64,000 bases of DNA, from NCBI RefSeq assembly GCF_006345805.1, contig NC_043018.1, positions 11,222,001-11,286,000 on the forward strand, in the 5' to 3' direction. This document shows, piece after piece, positions 1 through 12,385 of the stretch. Numbering within the stretch: position 1 is the first letter of the stretch; every line of letters begins with the position of its first letter. Source of the DNA: Octopus sinensis. Its lineage: Eukaryota. The position numbers were made by a program, and so were the translations under genes. The notes beneath the pieces were generated by a model. It made no database searches. It worked only from the letters and a program-made list of their open reading frames with translations, and was not told where the DNA came from.

Positions 1-578
1 TGTAGTTATTTCTATCTAAAGCCTTCCCTTTACCTTTGTAGCAGTTGACTATGGTACTGCTACACCAGTCACTGGGTATGACTCCTTCATGAACTACCTG
101 ATTTACGATGCAGGTGACAAGACCATAACCCATACTGCTCGATATTTTAAGCATCTTAGCTGTGATTCTTGATGGGCCAGGTGCTTTCCCTGTCTTCATA
201 TCCCTAATTGCTTTATCTACCAGGGTACTGTTGATTTGGGTAGCTGGTCCCTCATTTGAGTCAACCTTCGGCAGACCCTCCTCATCCCATTCATTCTCCA
301 CATTCAGCAGTCTTTTATAATGGCATCTTCAAGCCTCTTTCTTTGCAGAATCATTAAATGCAAGGGTACCATCATTCATGCGGATACATTTCTCTCCTAT
401 GACATCACAGTTTTCTCTCACACACTGTCTTGCAATCCGAAATACTTCAGTTCTTCGGTCCTCACGTTGCTGAACATTAGCAGACTTCTTCTTTTCTGCT
501 ACTCCCTTGGCTATATATACCTGTCTCCTAGCTTCTCTTTTGGCTATCTGATACAGTCACCTGCTACCTTGCTTTTTT
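1..578 (-). mobile_element. RTE-clade LINE ORF fragment (linker and RT N-terminal region), degenerate; runs off the window edge
   Basis: Manual minus-strand translation gives ...AKREARRQVYIAK...RLLNVENEWDEE...KAIRDMKTGKAPGPSRITAKMLK...IPSDWCSSTIVNCYKGKGKALDRNNY, the typical KAxGP...IPxDW...YKGKG region of RTE ORFs, with in-frame stops. Confidence 0.85.
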
Positions 579-927
579 TATAATCCCAAGGTTGGGCAGT
601 CACAATACATATACAGAAAATTACATTGGATTAAATAAATTAAATTAAATTAAATTCACAAGAAAGTGAGATGTTTAAAAGATTTATAATAGTCCTCGTA
701 TGAAGTAAAATTAGATAGAGTAAGGTGATTTAAAATAATTTTTTCTCTGATGAAAGAAAAGTGGCCACCAAAGTCAAAGGAATAAGTTTCTGCTTTGCAT
801 ATTTTCTTGAAATGATTGTAAGCTATCTCACTTATATTTTTATTTATTTCATTTGTGAATTGCTTTATTTTAATTCATTCAAGGACAATTTTAAATTGCC
901 TTACCCTATTTAATTTTACTTCAGATA

Positions 928-1032
928 AGACTGGAGCCTGGTGCAGCCTTCTGGCTTCCCAGATCCCCGGTTGAACCGTCCAACCCATGCTAGCATGGAG
1001 AACGGACGTTAAACGATGATGATGATGATGAT
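928..1032 (+). mobile_element. RTE LINE 3' tail (one of many short tail copies in the window)
   Basis: Matches 23180-23281 (agactggagcctggtgcagcc...catgctagcatggagaacggacgttaaacgatgatgat). Confidence 0.85.
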
Positions 1033-1292
1033 ACAAGGACTATTATAAATCTTTTAAACATCGCACCTGCATGTGATTTTAATTTAATTTATTTTATCTG
1101 ATGTTATTTTATCTGATGTAATGTACTGTGATTGCCCAACCTTGGAATTATAATAAAAGAAATATATATGTATTGTATTCCCAATTTGAATATGTTTGGC
1201 TGGACTATGAGGGTAATAAACTAATCTGTCTTCTCTCCCTCCTTTTGAGACCTTCCATGTTATTTCGTGGAAAGAGTTACATTCTTTTATTA

Positions 1293-1327
<35 letters not shown>

Positions 1328-1328
<1 letters not shown>

Positions 1329-1600
1329 TCCACTGGATGTGTAATGTCAGTGTGCATACACGACAGACTGTAAGCGCCCTGAGAGAGAAGTTGGACATAA
1401 GAAGCATCAGATGTAGTGTGCAAGAGAGACTATGGTCATGTGTTGCATATGGATAAGGACAGCTGTGTGAAAAAGTGTTACACCCTAGCAGTAGAGAGAA
1501 CCTGTGGAAGAGTTAGACCCGGGAAAACCTGAGATGAGGCAATGACAAGTGACCAAGACCTTTGGAGATATGCTGTGCTTGAGAAGACCCGGCAAGCTAA
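1328..1600 (+). mobile_element. RTE LINE fragment (ORF C-terminus, internally deleted)
   Basis: Homologous to 22180-22485 (tggatgtgtaatgtcagtgtgcatac...gctgtgcttgagaagacccggcaag). Confidence 0.8.
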
Positions 1601-2019
1601 GTTTTCCCAACGAAGCAAGGCCTTGTTGTGTGTGTGTGTAAGAAAAAACCCCACCTAAAACATCTTTTGTGTTCATATTAATCTATCAAATGTAATGTTT
1701 ATTTGATGTTTTGAATATTCAGGTTCAAGAGGGGTGTCTGCTATATTTGCTTGTAACTTTGTAAATTTTTTACATACAGATTTGAAATTTTGTCAGTGGG
1801 TGCTTTATATACCATTGGTTTATTGTTATGTAATTTTAGCTGATCTTGCTGAGTAAGTTTGACTTTTATGGGCAGGTAAATTTAATAAACAGGTGTAAAA
1901 GCAGCAACATTATGGAAAAGCACTAAAATTGAAATTCTTTTAATCCCTAGGTCAGTCGTGACAGCAGATGTCCCAGCCATATCTATATCATTTTCTTTTT
2001 CCTTTTTTCCTGTAGACAT

Positions 2020-2400
2020 AGGCACAGGTGTGGCTGTCTAGTAAGGAGCTTGCTTCCCAACCATATGGTTCTGGGTTCAGTCACACTGTGTGGTCCCTTA
2101 GGAGACTGTCTTCTACTATAACTTTGGACTGACCAAAAACTTGTGAGTGGATCTGGTAGATGGAAACTGAAAGAAGCCTGTTGTATATATATGTATGTGT
2201 CTGTGTTTGTCCCACACACACACTTGGCAACCAGTGCTGGTGTGTTTACATCCCCACAACTTAGCAGTTCGGCAAAAGAAATTGAAAGAATAAGTACTAG
2301 ACTTAAGGAAGAAGTCTTGAGGTCGATTTGTTTCACAAAAAAGACCCCCTTCAAGGCGGTTCTCCAACATGGTCGCAGTCTAATGACTGAAACAATTAAA
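2020..2400 (+). mobile_element. tRNA-derived CORE-type SINE with internal TA/TG microsatellite and ~200-bp tail
   Basis: Head ...cttcccaaccatatggttctgggttcagtcacactg, CORE-like block, ggaaactgaaagaagcc, microsatellite, then tail ...ctccaacatggtcgcagtctaatgactgaaac; many similar copies in the window. Confidence 0.8.
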
Positions 2401-3634
2401 ATAGTTTATACAGGACCATTATTTACCAGTGTTTTGTTTCTCTTTACAGTAGCATGTAATTCAAGGGATTTAGCTGCTGTTTCTTACAGTTCAAATTGCT
2501 CACTTGTCTCTCATCTAAGGGTCATGTAAAAATAAACCCCAGTGGTAGGGTCCTATAGGAAAATAGGAGCAAGAGATATATCATACCTGGGTCTGGGTAT
2601 TTCCTGGTATCTCCGAAGAACATTTTTGTATATGTAGAACATAGAGGTAGGCTCCCGTCGCCAAAAAATTACAAAAATATATGCACCCCACACCTTAGTT
2701 TACTCACTCAAAAATTCCTTTCAAATACCCTGCCAATCCAATGATTATTGATTGGGGTCGATTATGTCTAGAAAAAAAAATGCTGTTATTTGTCATGAAT
2801 ATGTGTGTGTGAGGTTTTGTGAATTTCTTCTCTTGTATGGTCTGCTACTGAATAATTCACAAGTTATGGAAGAGAGAGAGAGAGAGAGAATTCCCCTTCG
2901 TCGGGTTTGTTTCTGGCTCTCTTCTTTATGTGGTGTCCTCCTCAGCAAGCAGCTAGAATCACCCAACCTAGTTTATTTACAGTTGTATAACCGGACTCTG
3001 TTATAAAGCAGCATCAGGCAGCCAGGCAGAGCAGCAGGCCTCACAGGGCAATCAATCAGACAGACAGGTGGTTACCCGAGATTGTGTGGCATTAAAATAG
3101 CTAATCTTAATTCGTGTTTTCCGTTTTTGTTATTGTTTCTGATTTTGTCCTCCTCCTCCTGGAAATCAATCCATAGAGAGGAGGACATAATTTTGACAGG
3201 TGTTGGTTGCAGTGGTGGTGGTGGTGGTAGTAGTAGTAGTAGTAGTAATAGTCTCTGCTCGATAATTGTACAAAAACTTATCGTCTTTAATATGAGATTT
3301 TTTGCAATGCTAATTACACACACACGTGCGCGCACATATATATATATGGTTACTGGAAGCATGCAGATTGAGATCAGTGTGTTTATAAATTTAATAATGA
3401 GAATAATGTCTATATTAGCCACAAGGGCACAAAACAGGGCAATCAATCCAAAGGAAAAGATCCTAAAACTGAAACAAGAAACTGTGGAAGTTTTACACTA
3501 AATAAAAAGGGTGATAAGTAACAATAATGATATATAACAGTACCAATATGATGAAGGGGCCCTTTCTTATGCAGTCTGCAAAGTCAAATTAAGCATTTTA
3601 ATGCATCCTGTGTGTGGATATATGTATTTATGTA

Positions 3635-3720
<86 letters not shown>

Positions 3721-3724
<4 letters not shown>

Positions 3725-4598
3725 GTCTGGTCAATAAGTATCCACGCTGTTGCCATAGTAACAAAGCTAAAGCATGCAAAGTGAAACCACTTGGCACAGA
3801 TTGACCTTGACCTCTGTTATGCATTAAATTTTAATGTTCTGGCTCACTTCTGCTGTTTACAGCAGTGCTTCGAAGTAACATGTGTAACATGCAATCGTCA
3901 CATTGACCATGACAGAGGAAGTTGTCATGGCGATACCTGCTCAGAGGCCTATGCAAAGTTGCAGAAAGTGTGTGGAGAGGAGTGTATTAGACGCACACAG
4001 GTGTACAAGTGGTTCAGATGTTTCCAAGATGGCCAAGAAAAAAAATGTCAATATTGATGAATGTTCTGGGAGACCCACAACCAGCAGAACTGCGAAAAAC
4101 ATCGCAGATATGCGTGCAGCTGTGAAGGGAAATCATTGAATCACCATCCATGAGTTATCAGAGGATGCACAGATTAGTTACAGTTGAGTTCAGTCCATTA
4201 TCACTGAAGATTTGGCTATGAGACATGTGTCTGCCAAGTTTGTGCCAAAACTGCTTTCAGCTGACCAAAAAGACACTCAGGTTTCAGTTACAAAAATCAT
4301 CTTGATTGTGTCAAGAACATTGAAAACTTTTTGTAAACCTTGCGTAGGCTACTGAGCAGATATCGCCAAGCTTTTGGCAAAATTTGATGTACATTCTCTG
4401 CTCAACTTTCTCTGTCACGGTCAATGCAATGAACTCATTACTTCCAAGCACTGCTACAAACAGTGGAAGTGAGCTAGAATGTTAAAACTTATTGCATATG
4501 AACAGCAGAGTTCAAGGTCAATCTGTGCCAAGCGGCTTCACTGTGCATGCTTTAGCTTCCTTACTATGGCAACAATCTGGATACTTATTGATCTGACT
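3721..4598 (+). mobile_element. Non-autonomous mariner built from two left ends (copy 1), inserted in a TA/TG microsatellite
   Basis: ~260-bp inverted arms (ggtctggtcaataagtatcc ... ggatacttattgatctgac); internal HTH fragment (GDTCSEAYAKLQKVCGEEC...QVYKWFRCFQDG; DECSGRPTTSRT; gtctgccaagtttgtgccaaaactgc = VSAKFVPKLL). Confidence 0.9.
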
Positions 4599-4746
4599 AT
4601 ATGTTTATATATATATATGTATGTGTGTGTCTGTGTATATGTTTATGTTTGTGTATATGTTTATGTAATATGTATGTGTATGTATATATATATGTGTGTG
4701 TGTGTATATGTTTATGTAATATGTATGTGTATATATATATATATAG

Positions 4747-4960
4747 TTAATCCAAACAAAAAAACACAGAAAAAACACAGCAACGCGAGGACGTGGAACA
4801 ATTAAAGTATTATTTGACGCTCAGGAAAGAAGGGAAGGAGGGTTTAACGTTTCGAGCGGAGCTCTTCATCGGAAACAAGGAGAAGGAAAGATCCCGAGAA
4901 GGGAAGACAGAGGAAAAAAATATTTTTGCTGGTGGTGCTCAAGAGATCACATATATATAT
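4747..4960 (-). mobile_element. Penelope-like element terminal-repeat remnant between (TA)n tracts
   Basis: CpG-rich insert carrying a hammerhead-like core, which is characteristic of PLE pseudo-LTRs; family assignment is an inference. Confidence 0.6.
4842..4876 (-). ncRNA. Minimal type I hammerhead ribozyme, variant core (CCGAUGA)
   Basis: Minus strand reads GUUU-CCGAUGA-A-GAGC-UCC-GCUC-GAAA-CGUU-AAAC: stem I GUUU/AAAC, stem II GAGC/GCUC, palindromic ACGU at stem III. Confidence 0.6.
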
Positions 4961-5739
4961 ATAACAAAACTCGACTAAATCTAAAAGCTCAACATAAAAT
5001 ATTCTCACTAGCTTCTTCACAAATCTACTGGAATGGCTCTCTTCCTTCTCTCATCAGTTAAAGAGAGGAAATCATAGAAATTAGTCATTACTCATTTTGC
5101 CCTAAGTTGGTCATCATTTTTTGAAAATTGAAAATTATCAAACCAGATGTTAGCATGGGAAAAAAACTGACTTGGAATCCAACAAAGGAAAGAATACAGT
5201 TAAACACCAAAAGTTATCTCGATATTTTTAGTCGTAACCTCAATTACGATTCGGTCAAAAGAGAAGAAAAATTTCTTGTTAAAAAAAAGTACCCATCATC
5301 TGACTTGTTTCAAACTCTCTCAGCTTCAACAACGACAACGACAACAACTGTGCTGACCAATTTTTATTCCTGAAGATGATGCAACAGCACAAAATGGTGG
5401 TGCAATGTTTGCAATGTGATGGTTTCAAACAGGTAGGGAGAAAATAATGAGAAATCAGAAATTGCTCCTTTTGCTCCAGTTACCAATTTTCCCCCACCCC
5501 CACCTTTGATAAACAACCATCACAAAATGCTGGATGTCTTCCTCTAACAAATCAATTAACTAAGCTGAACTTCTTCATTAAAATAAATAAAGAGATAAAA
5601 AGAAAAATCATCACTTTACATTTTAAAGAAACAAATTAGTGAAACTCAGCTGCTAGGGAAGTCAAGAACAACAAAATAGACAGACACAAGCGCATGCATG
5701 CACACACACACACACACACACTCACACATATATAACTCT

Positions 5740-6103
5740 ATCTTTTTACCTTGTTTCAATCATTAGGCTATGGCCATAAAGAATTTTTAGTCGGATGGAT
5801 TAACCCCAGTACTTATTTTTTCCCCTTAAGCCGGGTGTTTATTCTATTGGTCTCTGTTGCTGAACTGCTAAGTTACAAGGATATGAACACACAACACCAG
5901 TTGTCAAGTGGTGGTGAGTTACAAACACAGATGCACACACACACACACACACACATTATGGGCTTCTTTCAGTTTCTGTCTACGAAATCTACTCACAAGG
6001 CTTTGGTTGGCCCAGAGTTATAGTAGAAAACACTTGCCCAAGGTGCTACACAGTGGGACTGAACCCACAACCATGTGGTCGGGAAACAAGCCTCTTACCA
6101 CAT
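5740..6103 (-). mobile_element. CORE-type SINE (tail, (CA)n, head)
   Basis: Reverse-complement match to 2020-2400 and 20165-20642. Confidence 0.8.
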
Positions 6104-6988
6104 AGGGTCATATTTAAAATTCAGTTTGAATGAGGAGCCATAAAAGCATAAGTACCCTGTAATGATTAATATTTATAGTCATTGTATATCTTATAGATTT
6201 GACTGTGTGGTAAGAAGTTTGCTACCCAACCACATGGTCCTGGGTTCAGTCCCACTGTGTGGCACCTTTTTTAAGGTTTTTCATCTTTTCTGGATGAAGA
6301 ACAAGAGCGGGAGCGAGATAGACAGAGAAGAGATAGAAGAGTGTGCCTCTCCCACCTTTCCCTATTCTTCTCCTCTCCTCTTCACTGTTCCCTCTTTCTC
6401 ACTCTTCCTCACTGACTCTCGTTGCTGACATGTGACAAAAGGGAATCTCTCTTTCTACCCATTTCCTTCCTAAAGACAACACATGCTTATACCTGTCTCC
6501 TCTCATAAGCTCATCTTCCTAGCATTCATAATAATTTTTCTATCGTCTTGGCTTAACAGCCCTCACTGTTTGTTTTTACTGTCTTCTTCTTACTATCCTG
6601 TTCTTGTTACCACTTTTACCCTCCACAAAAAATCCCAAATTTTATTTAATTTGCTTTGCTGGAAGTACTGTTTCAACGAAGTCGCGTATTGTCCTTGCCT
6701 TCGTAATGCGGAGTAGATGAAACAGAGATAACTGATGAAGGAGAATATTCTTTATGTTGCATGTCTCATTTCTCTGTTTTTTTCGTTGTTCGAAAAAAAG
6801 TTCGTTTTCTATGTTTTTGTTTCTCATTGTGTTCAACGTTTTTTTGATGTCCTGTACCCATATATGCATGTATATATACATATATATGTAGATATGTACA
6901 TAAATGTATGTATATATGCATATATATTTATATATTTATATTATTATATGATCGAACGCCATGCAGCCTTTCCCAATTAAGTTTTATC

Positions 6989-7058
<70 letters not shown>

Positions 7059-7069
7059 CACACACACAT

Positions 7070-7648
<579 letters not shown>

Positions 7649-8349
7649 TGACAGGTTTCTTTCAGTTTCTATCTAGCAAACCCATTCAAAAGGTTTTGGT
7701 CAGCCCAAGGCTATTGTAGAAAGAGAGATTACACCTGTAACTCTATGCAAGCTTAATAACGACACACCTAGGCTGTGCAACTCTATTATTTTTTTCCTTT
7801 GGTTTTACAAAATTTGATTTTGTTTTATTCTTTTTCTGTTCATCATAATTATGTGTGTGTGTGTGAGGTGGGGACCGAGGGCCGTCTTGCTATTCATTTC
7901 AAGTACGTTCACTTTCCACATTGATTTGTATATTTAATTTATTTTAAAATCACTATTTCACCATATGTCTTTTCTCTCTTTCACTCCCTTGCTCTTTCCA
8001 CTCACATACAGTCGCACTACATATGCACACACATACACATATATATATACATATATACACACTGTATTTCATTCAAGGAGTCTTCAGTTCTGCTTTTACT
8101 GTTGACCTGAATCTTGTCCATATTTGTATTTCTGGCTTGCTCTGCTTGGCATTAAACTCGTTGCAAAAATGTGTGCCACATCTGTTAGTTCCCTTTTTAT
8201 CCTTTTGACTAAATATAACGTGGTGTGTCTGTGAGTGGAATCAACCCCTGGACAACACCTGGAAACCATTCTCTCATCAATACACTGCTTTCAGGAGTAG
8301 TTTTCAATGTTTTTAACCCAATTTCTGTTCAAGTTTATTGCATTTATTT

Positions 8350-8735
8350 TTACTCTTTTACTTGTTTCAGTCATTTGACTGTGGCCATGCTGGAGCACCA
8401 CCTTTAGTCTAGCAAATTGACCCCAGGACTTATTCTTTGTAAGCTCAGTACTTATTCTATCAGTCTCTTTTGCTGAACTGCTAAGTTATGGGGATGTAAA
8501 CACACCAGCATCAGTTGTCAAGTGATGTTGGGGAGACAGACACACAAACATATACACACACACATAAATATATACATATATACGACGAGCTTCTTTCAGT
8601 TTCTGTCTATCCACTCCACTCACAAGGCTTTGGTCGGCCCGAGGCTATAGTAGAAGACACTTGCCCAAGGTGCCACGCAGTGGGACTGGACCCGGAACCA
8701 TGTGGGTGATAACCAAGCTACTTACCACACAGCCG
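8350..8735 (-). mobile_element. CORE-type SINE
   Basis: Reverse-complement match to 20165-20642. Confidence 0.85.
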
Positions 8736-8914
8736 CTCCTGTTTGATCATTTCACATGACTTTATTCATTAAAACTTCAGAAGTTCTTACAACTTTGGTC
8801 GTCGTAATGCTCTGCTTTAGTTTGCTAAATAAAAATTCCCTGTGACTCCTGAAGGGGTGTCCTATGGGATGGTCTAGATGGGATTTCATTTTGTGATAAC
8901 TATCATGCAGAAAA

Positions 8915-9118
8915 TGCCATCTTCCAAATCTTGTATTTTGTCTGCCATTACGTTCTGAGCTCAAATTCCGCCGAGGTCGACTTTGCCTTTCATCCTTTCG
9001 GGGTCGATAAATTAAGTACCAGTTACGCACTGGGGTCGATGTAATTGACTTAATCCGTTTGTCTGTCCTTGTTTGTCCCCTCTGTGTTTAACCCCTTGTG
9101 GGTAGTAAAGAAATATGT
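8915..9118 (+). mobile_element. tRNA-derived SINE with Meta-like central domain (tail type A)
   Basis: ctgagctcaaattccgccgaggtcgactttgcctttcatcctttcggggtcgataaattaagtacc...ccccttgtgggtagtaaagaaata; homologous to 12145-12385, 14671-14904 and 33375-33600. Confidence 0.8.
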
Positions 9119-10614
9119 ATCACCAGCATGGGTGCCCTGTATGTGTCACTGGCACAGGTGCCTTCTATTTCTACATGTCACTGGCACTGGCCATGACTAC
9201 AATTTTACTTGGGGAAATATTAGTTTACTTGAAAATAGGTGAGGGTTAGCAACAGGAAGGGCATCCGGCTGTAGAAAATCTGCGTCAATGAATTTTGTTG
9301 GATCTATGCAAGCATGGAAAAGTGGACATTAAAACATTGGTGATGTGTGTGTTGAAATATATTTATTGGAAAGAAAATAATTCTGATCTTTCATCAATTG
9401 TGCTTTTGTTTGAAAATGGAAGTTTATGGAACATGCTGAAAATAGCAAATTGTACTTGGACAGCTGATTAGCTTAATGAGTAAGAACAGCACTGTTGATG
9501 GTTATGGTGGTGATGGTGATGATGTTTGTGTGAAAGAAATTAGAACGAAAACAAAAGGTTTTGAGAGTGTGGGTGGATGAATATAGAAAGGAGTGCAATT
9601 TTATGAGTGGGTATTGGGATGGCGGTGGGGTGCTTTGATGGGTCAGTCATTGAAGAATGGAAGTTTTGGGACTTTATATATGTTTGAGTATGAAATGTGT
9701 GAAAGAGTATTCATGTGTGTGTGTGTGAGAGAGAGTTTACATGGCTCAGGCAACTTGTGTGTGAGATAGAATACTGTGCAAGAAAGATAATGCATGTGTA
9801 CGAAAAAGTGTAGTTACATGTATTTGTGTTATGGAAATATGTGCTTTTTTTTCTTTTAATTTAGAGAAAAAGCAGGACTCATGCCATTTTTCAGTGCCTC
9901 CAAAGACTGATAATGAGAAGGAAGAAAGTTATCTGAAGGCTCTTGGGTGCCACCAGCAGAGTCTACTCTTGGTATTAAACCAAGCAACATGTTGAGTCTA
10001 CCACCTGAAAATTTGAGCAAGAGAGAGAGATTATCTTCTTAATCTGAATGTGTGTTTGTATGTGTGTGTAAGAGACTGCTAATCAGCTGTGTATCTGTAT
10101 AGCTGCACATGTTTGAATATGAGCGTAAGGATGTGCACATATAAATGTAAATGCATATGAGCATTTGTGTTTCTAAATATGTGCACACAGATATGTATAC
10201 CCAGCTGGCAGCTGAATTGTATGACATTCAAAGAATGTTGGATGTTTAGAAGAGAAATAGCTTGTAAAATTTCTGTTAACAGTACCTGTTTACTTATATG
10301 TAAATATTGCATACAAATATTTCAGAATTTAATAGAAATAAAATGTTGCTGTATTGATCGATAACAAATATTATAGAAGCTTTCAGTCTGTATAAGATGG
10401 TGAATAGCGATATGGTTTTGTGGGGTTTGTTTTGTAGCTTTTGAGTCAGCCTACCACAGACAAATGTACATTCATGAATATGTATTAGCTATATCCTTGC
10501 ATATATGTATGTATCTTTGTTAATGGATCTTTCAATCAGAAGTTCATTTCTAAAGGCAACAGAATTATTTTTATTTGTATTTATGTCCATTTTCCATGCT
10601 AGCAAGGGTTAGAT

Positions 10615-11563
10615 CAGGGGTCACCAAACTTTTTTCATGGTGGACCAGATAACTGAGAGAACGACAAGCATGGGCCAAATAACCATTTTGCTCAATACCA
10701 TACAGTACAATACAGAAATCGAAATCAAATTCAATGACTGGCATCCGTGCTAGTGGAGCACTAAGAGCACCATCCAAGCGTGATCGTTGCCAGAGCAGCT
10801 AACTGGCTTCTCTGCCGGTGGCACATAAAAAACACCATTCGAGCTTGATCGTTACCAGTGTCGCCTTACTGGCACTTGTGCTGGTGGCACGTAAAGAAAA
10901 ACATTTGAGCATGGCCGTTGCCAGTATTGCCTGACTGGCCCTTGTACCGGTGGCACGTAAAAGCACCCACTACACTCTCAGAGTGGTTGGCGTTAGGAAG
11001 GGCATCCAGCTGTAGAAACTCTGCCAGATCAAGATTGGAGCCTGGTGCAGCCATCTGGTTCGCCAGTCCTCAGTTAAATCGTCCAACCCATGCTAGCATG
11101 GAAAGCAGACGTTAAACAATGATAATGATGATAATGAATACAGTGAATACACAAAAAATGAAGACAGACAACATATCTACTTATCAAAATGTTATGAAAG
11201 AAGGTGATGTTAGCAATAACATGGTTACATCACACTCAGTGTGCACATAGCTGAATCTCACAAACTAAGCAGCAAAAAAGTTTAGTGAGATTTGTGAAAC
11301 TGGTGTTTAGCTTTTAACCCATCAATATCTGCTCTGGAATTGCTGCATCCAACCAAGAGAATTGCTTTCAAATGTTCATCAGTCAACCTTGTGCTGACTT
11401 TATTTTGCTCACAAACCTATGTTATTCCAAACACTGATGCCTTACCAGAGGTAAATGAACTCTCATTGCAGGTACTTACACAAAGGTACAGTGTGGCAGT
11501 GGGCTGGATGAAATGACCTCGTGGGCCAAATCTGGCCCACAGGCCTTAGTTTGGTGACCCCGG
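10615..11563 (-). mobile_element. Non-autonomous hAT (Charlie/SPIN-like) element with a transposase C-terminal remnant and a nested RTE tail
   Basis: TIRs caggggtcaccaaact / agtttggtgaccccgg; 8-bp TSD ggttagat / gtttagat (7 of 8 identical); minus strand 11260-11450 encodes ASVFGIT*VCEQ...TDEHLKAILLVGCSNSRADIDGLKAKHQFHKSH*. Confidence 0.85.
10735..11137 (+). mobile_element. RTE 3'-UTR fragment nested in the hAT element
   Basis: Homologous to 22680-23281, including degenerate ggtggcacgtaaa units and the (GAT)n tail. Confidence 0.85.
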
Positions 11564-12144
11564 GTTTAGATGATTATATTATCAAACTGTTGTTTGACAG
11601 CTAGATGCCCCATCCTGACACTAAGCTTTACTTGTTTTTCAAGTAAGAGATATCTTGTTCCACGTGCCTTTGAAAGTGCAAAGCCAACAAACCATACATT
11701 GGCAGTTGAAATGAGAGCAGTGTCACAAAACACACACAGGTACACCTGCATAGTTATATGCTCACCCATGTGCACATACACAAACATGCACACACACACA
11801 CACACAATAGGCTTCTTTCAGTTTTTCATTTGCCAAATTTGTTTAACCCAGATTTTATCCTAGTTACTGAACTCAAAACTATGCAGTTGGAAAGTGGACC
11901 CCTTCACCCCACAAAAATACATGAACCTACCTACTAATTAAATTGCAGTGTATTTGAATATCGCACAGATACTTGTATCTCTTAACATAACTTTCAAGCA
12001 GATTTGACATGACACATTGTGTGGACATGGCTGGCACTTTAGATTGGAGTCATCTCTTCCAGCATGCTTCTGTAGAATTTCTGTCGACCCATTTTTACTG
12101 ACATGCCATGGGTTCATCCTCAGTTATGGTAGAAGATACTTGAC

Positions 12145-12385
12145 CTAAGGCAGCGAGCTGGCAGAAAGGTTAGCACACTGGGCAAAATGCTTAGCGGTAT
12201 TTCGTCTGCTACTACGTACTGAGTTCAAATTCCGCTGAGGTCGACTTTGCCTTTCATCCTTTTGGGGTCTATTAAATAAGTGCCAGTTACACACTGGGGT
12301 CGATGTAATCAACTTAATCCGTTTGTCTGTCCTTGTTTGTCCTTTCTGTGTTTAGCCCCATGTGGGTAATAAAGAAATAAGTATT
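12145..12385 (+). mobile_element. Meta-like SINE (tail type A), near full length
   Basis: ggcagcgagctggcagaaaggttagc head, gagttcaaattcc B box, shared central domain and tail. Confidence 0.8.

Noticed and set aside
3082-3501. 139-aa ORF and its antisense partner 3072-3446
   Set aside because: Held open by (GGT)n/(AGT)n/(CA)n low-complexity sequence; no recognisable protein
6732-6760. CUGAUGA as a hammerhead core or C-box
   Set aside because: No GAAA after a stem II and no stem I; no nearby D-box with a terminal stem
8067-8087. Minus-strand CUGAAGA...GAAA
   Set aside because: The intervening 10 nt cannot form stem II
11362-11380. Minus-strand CUGAUGA-acattt-GAAA
   Set aside because: No viable stem II; explained by the hAT transposase codons TDEHLK
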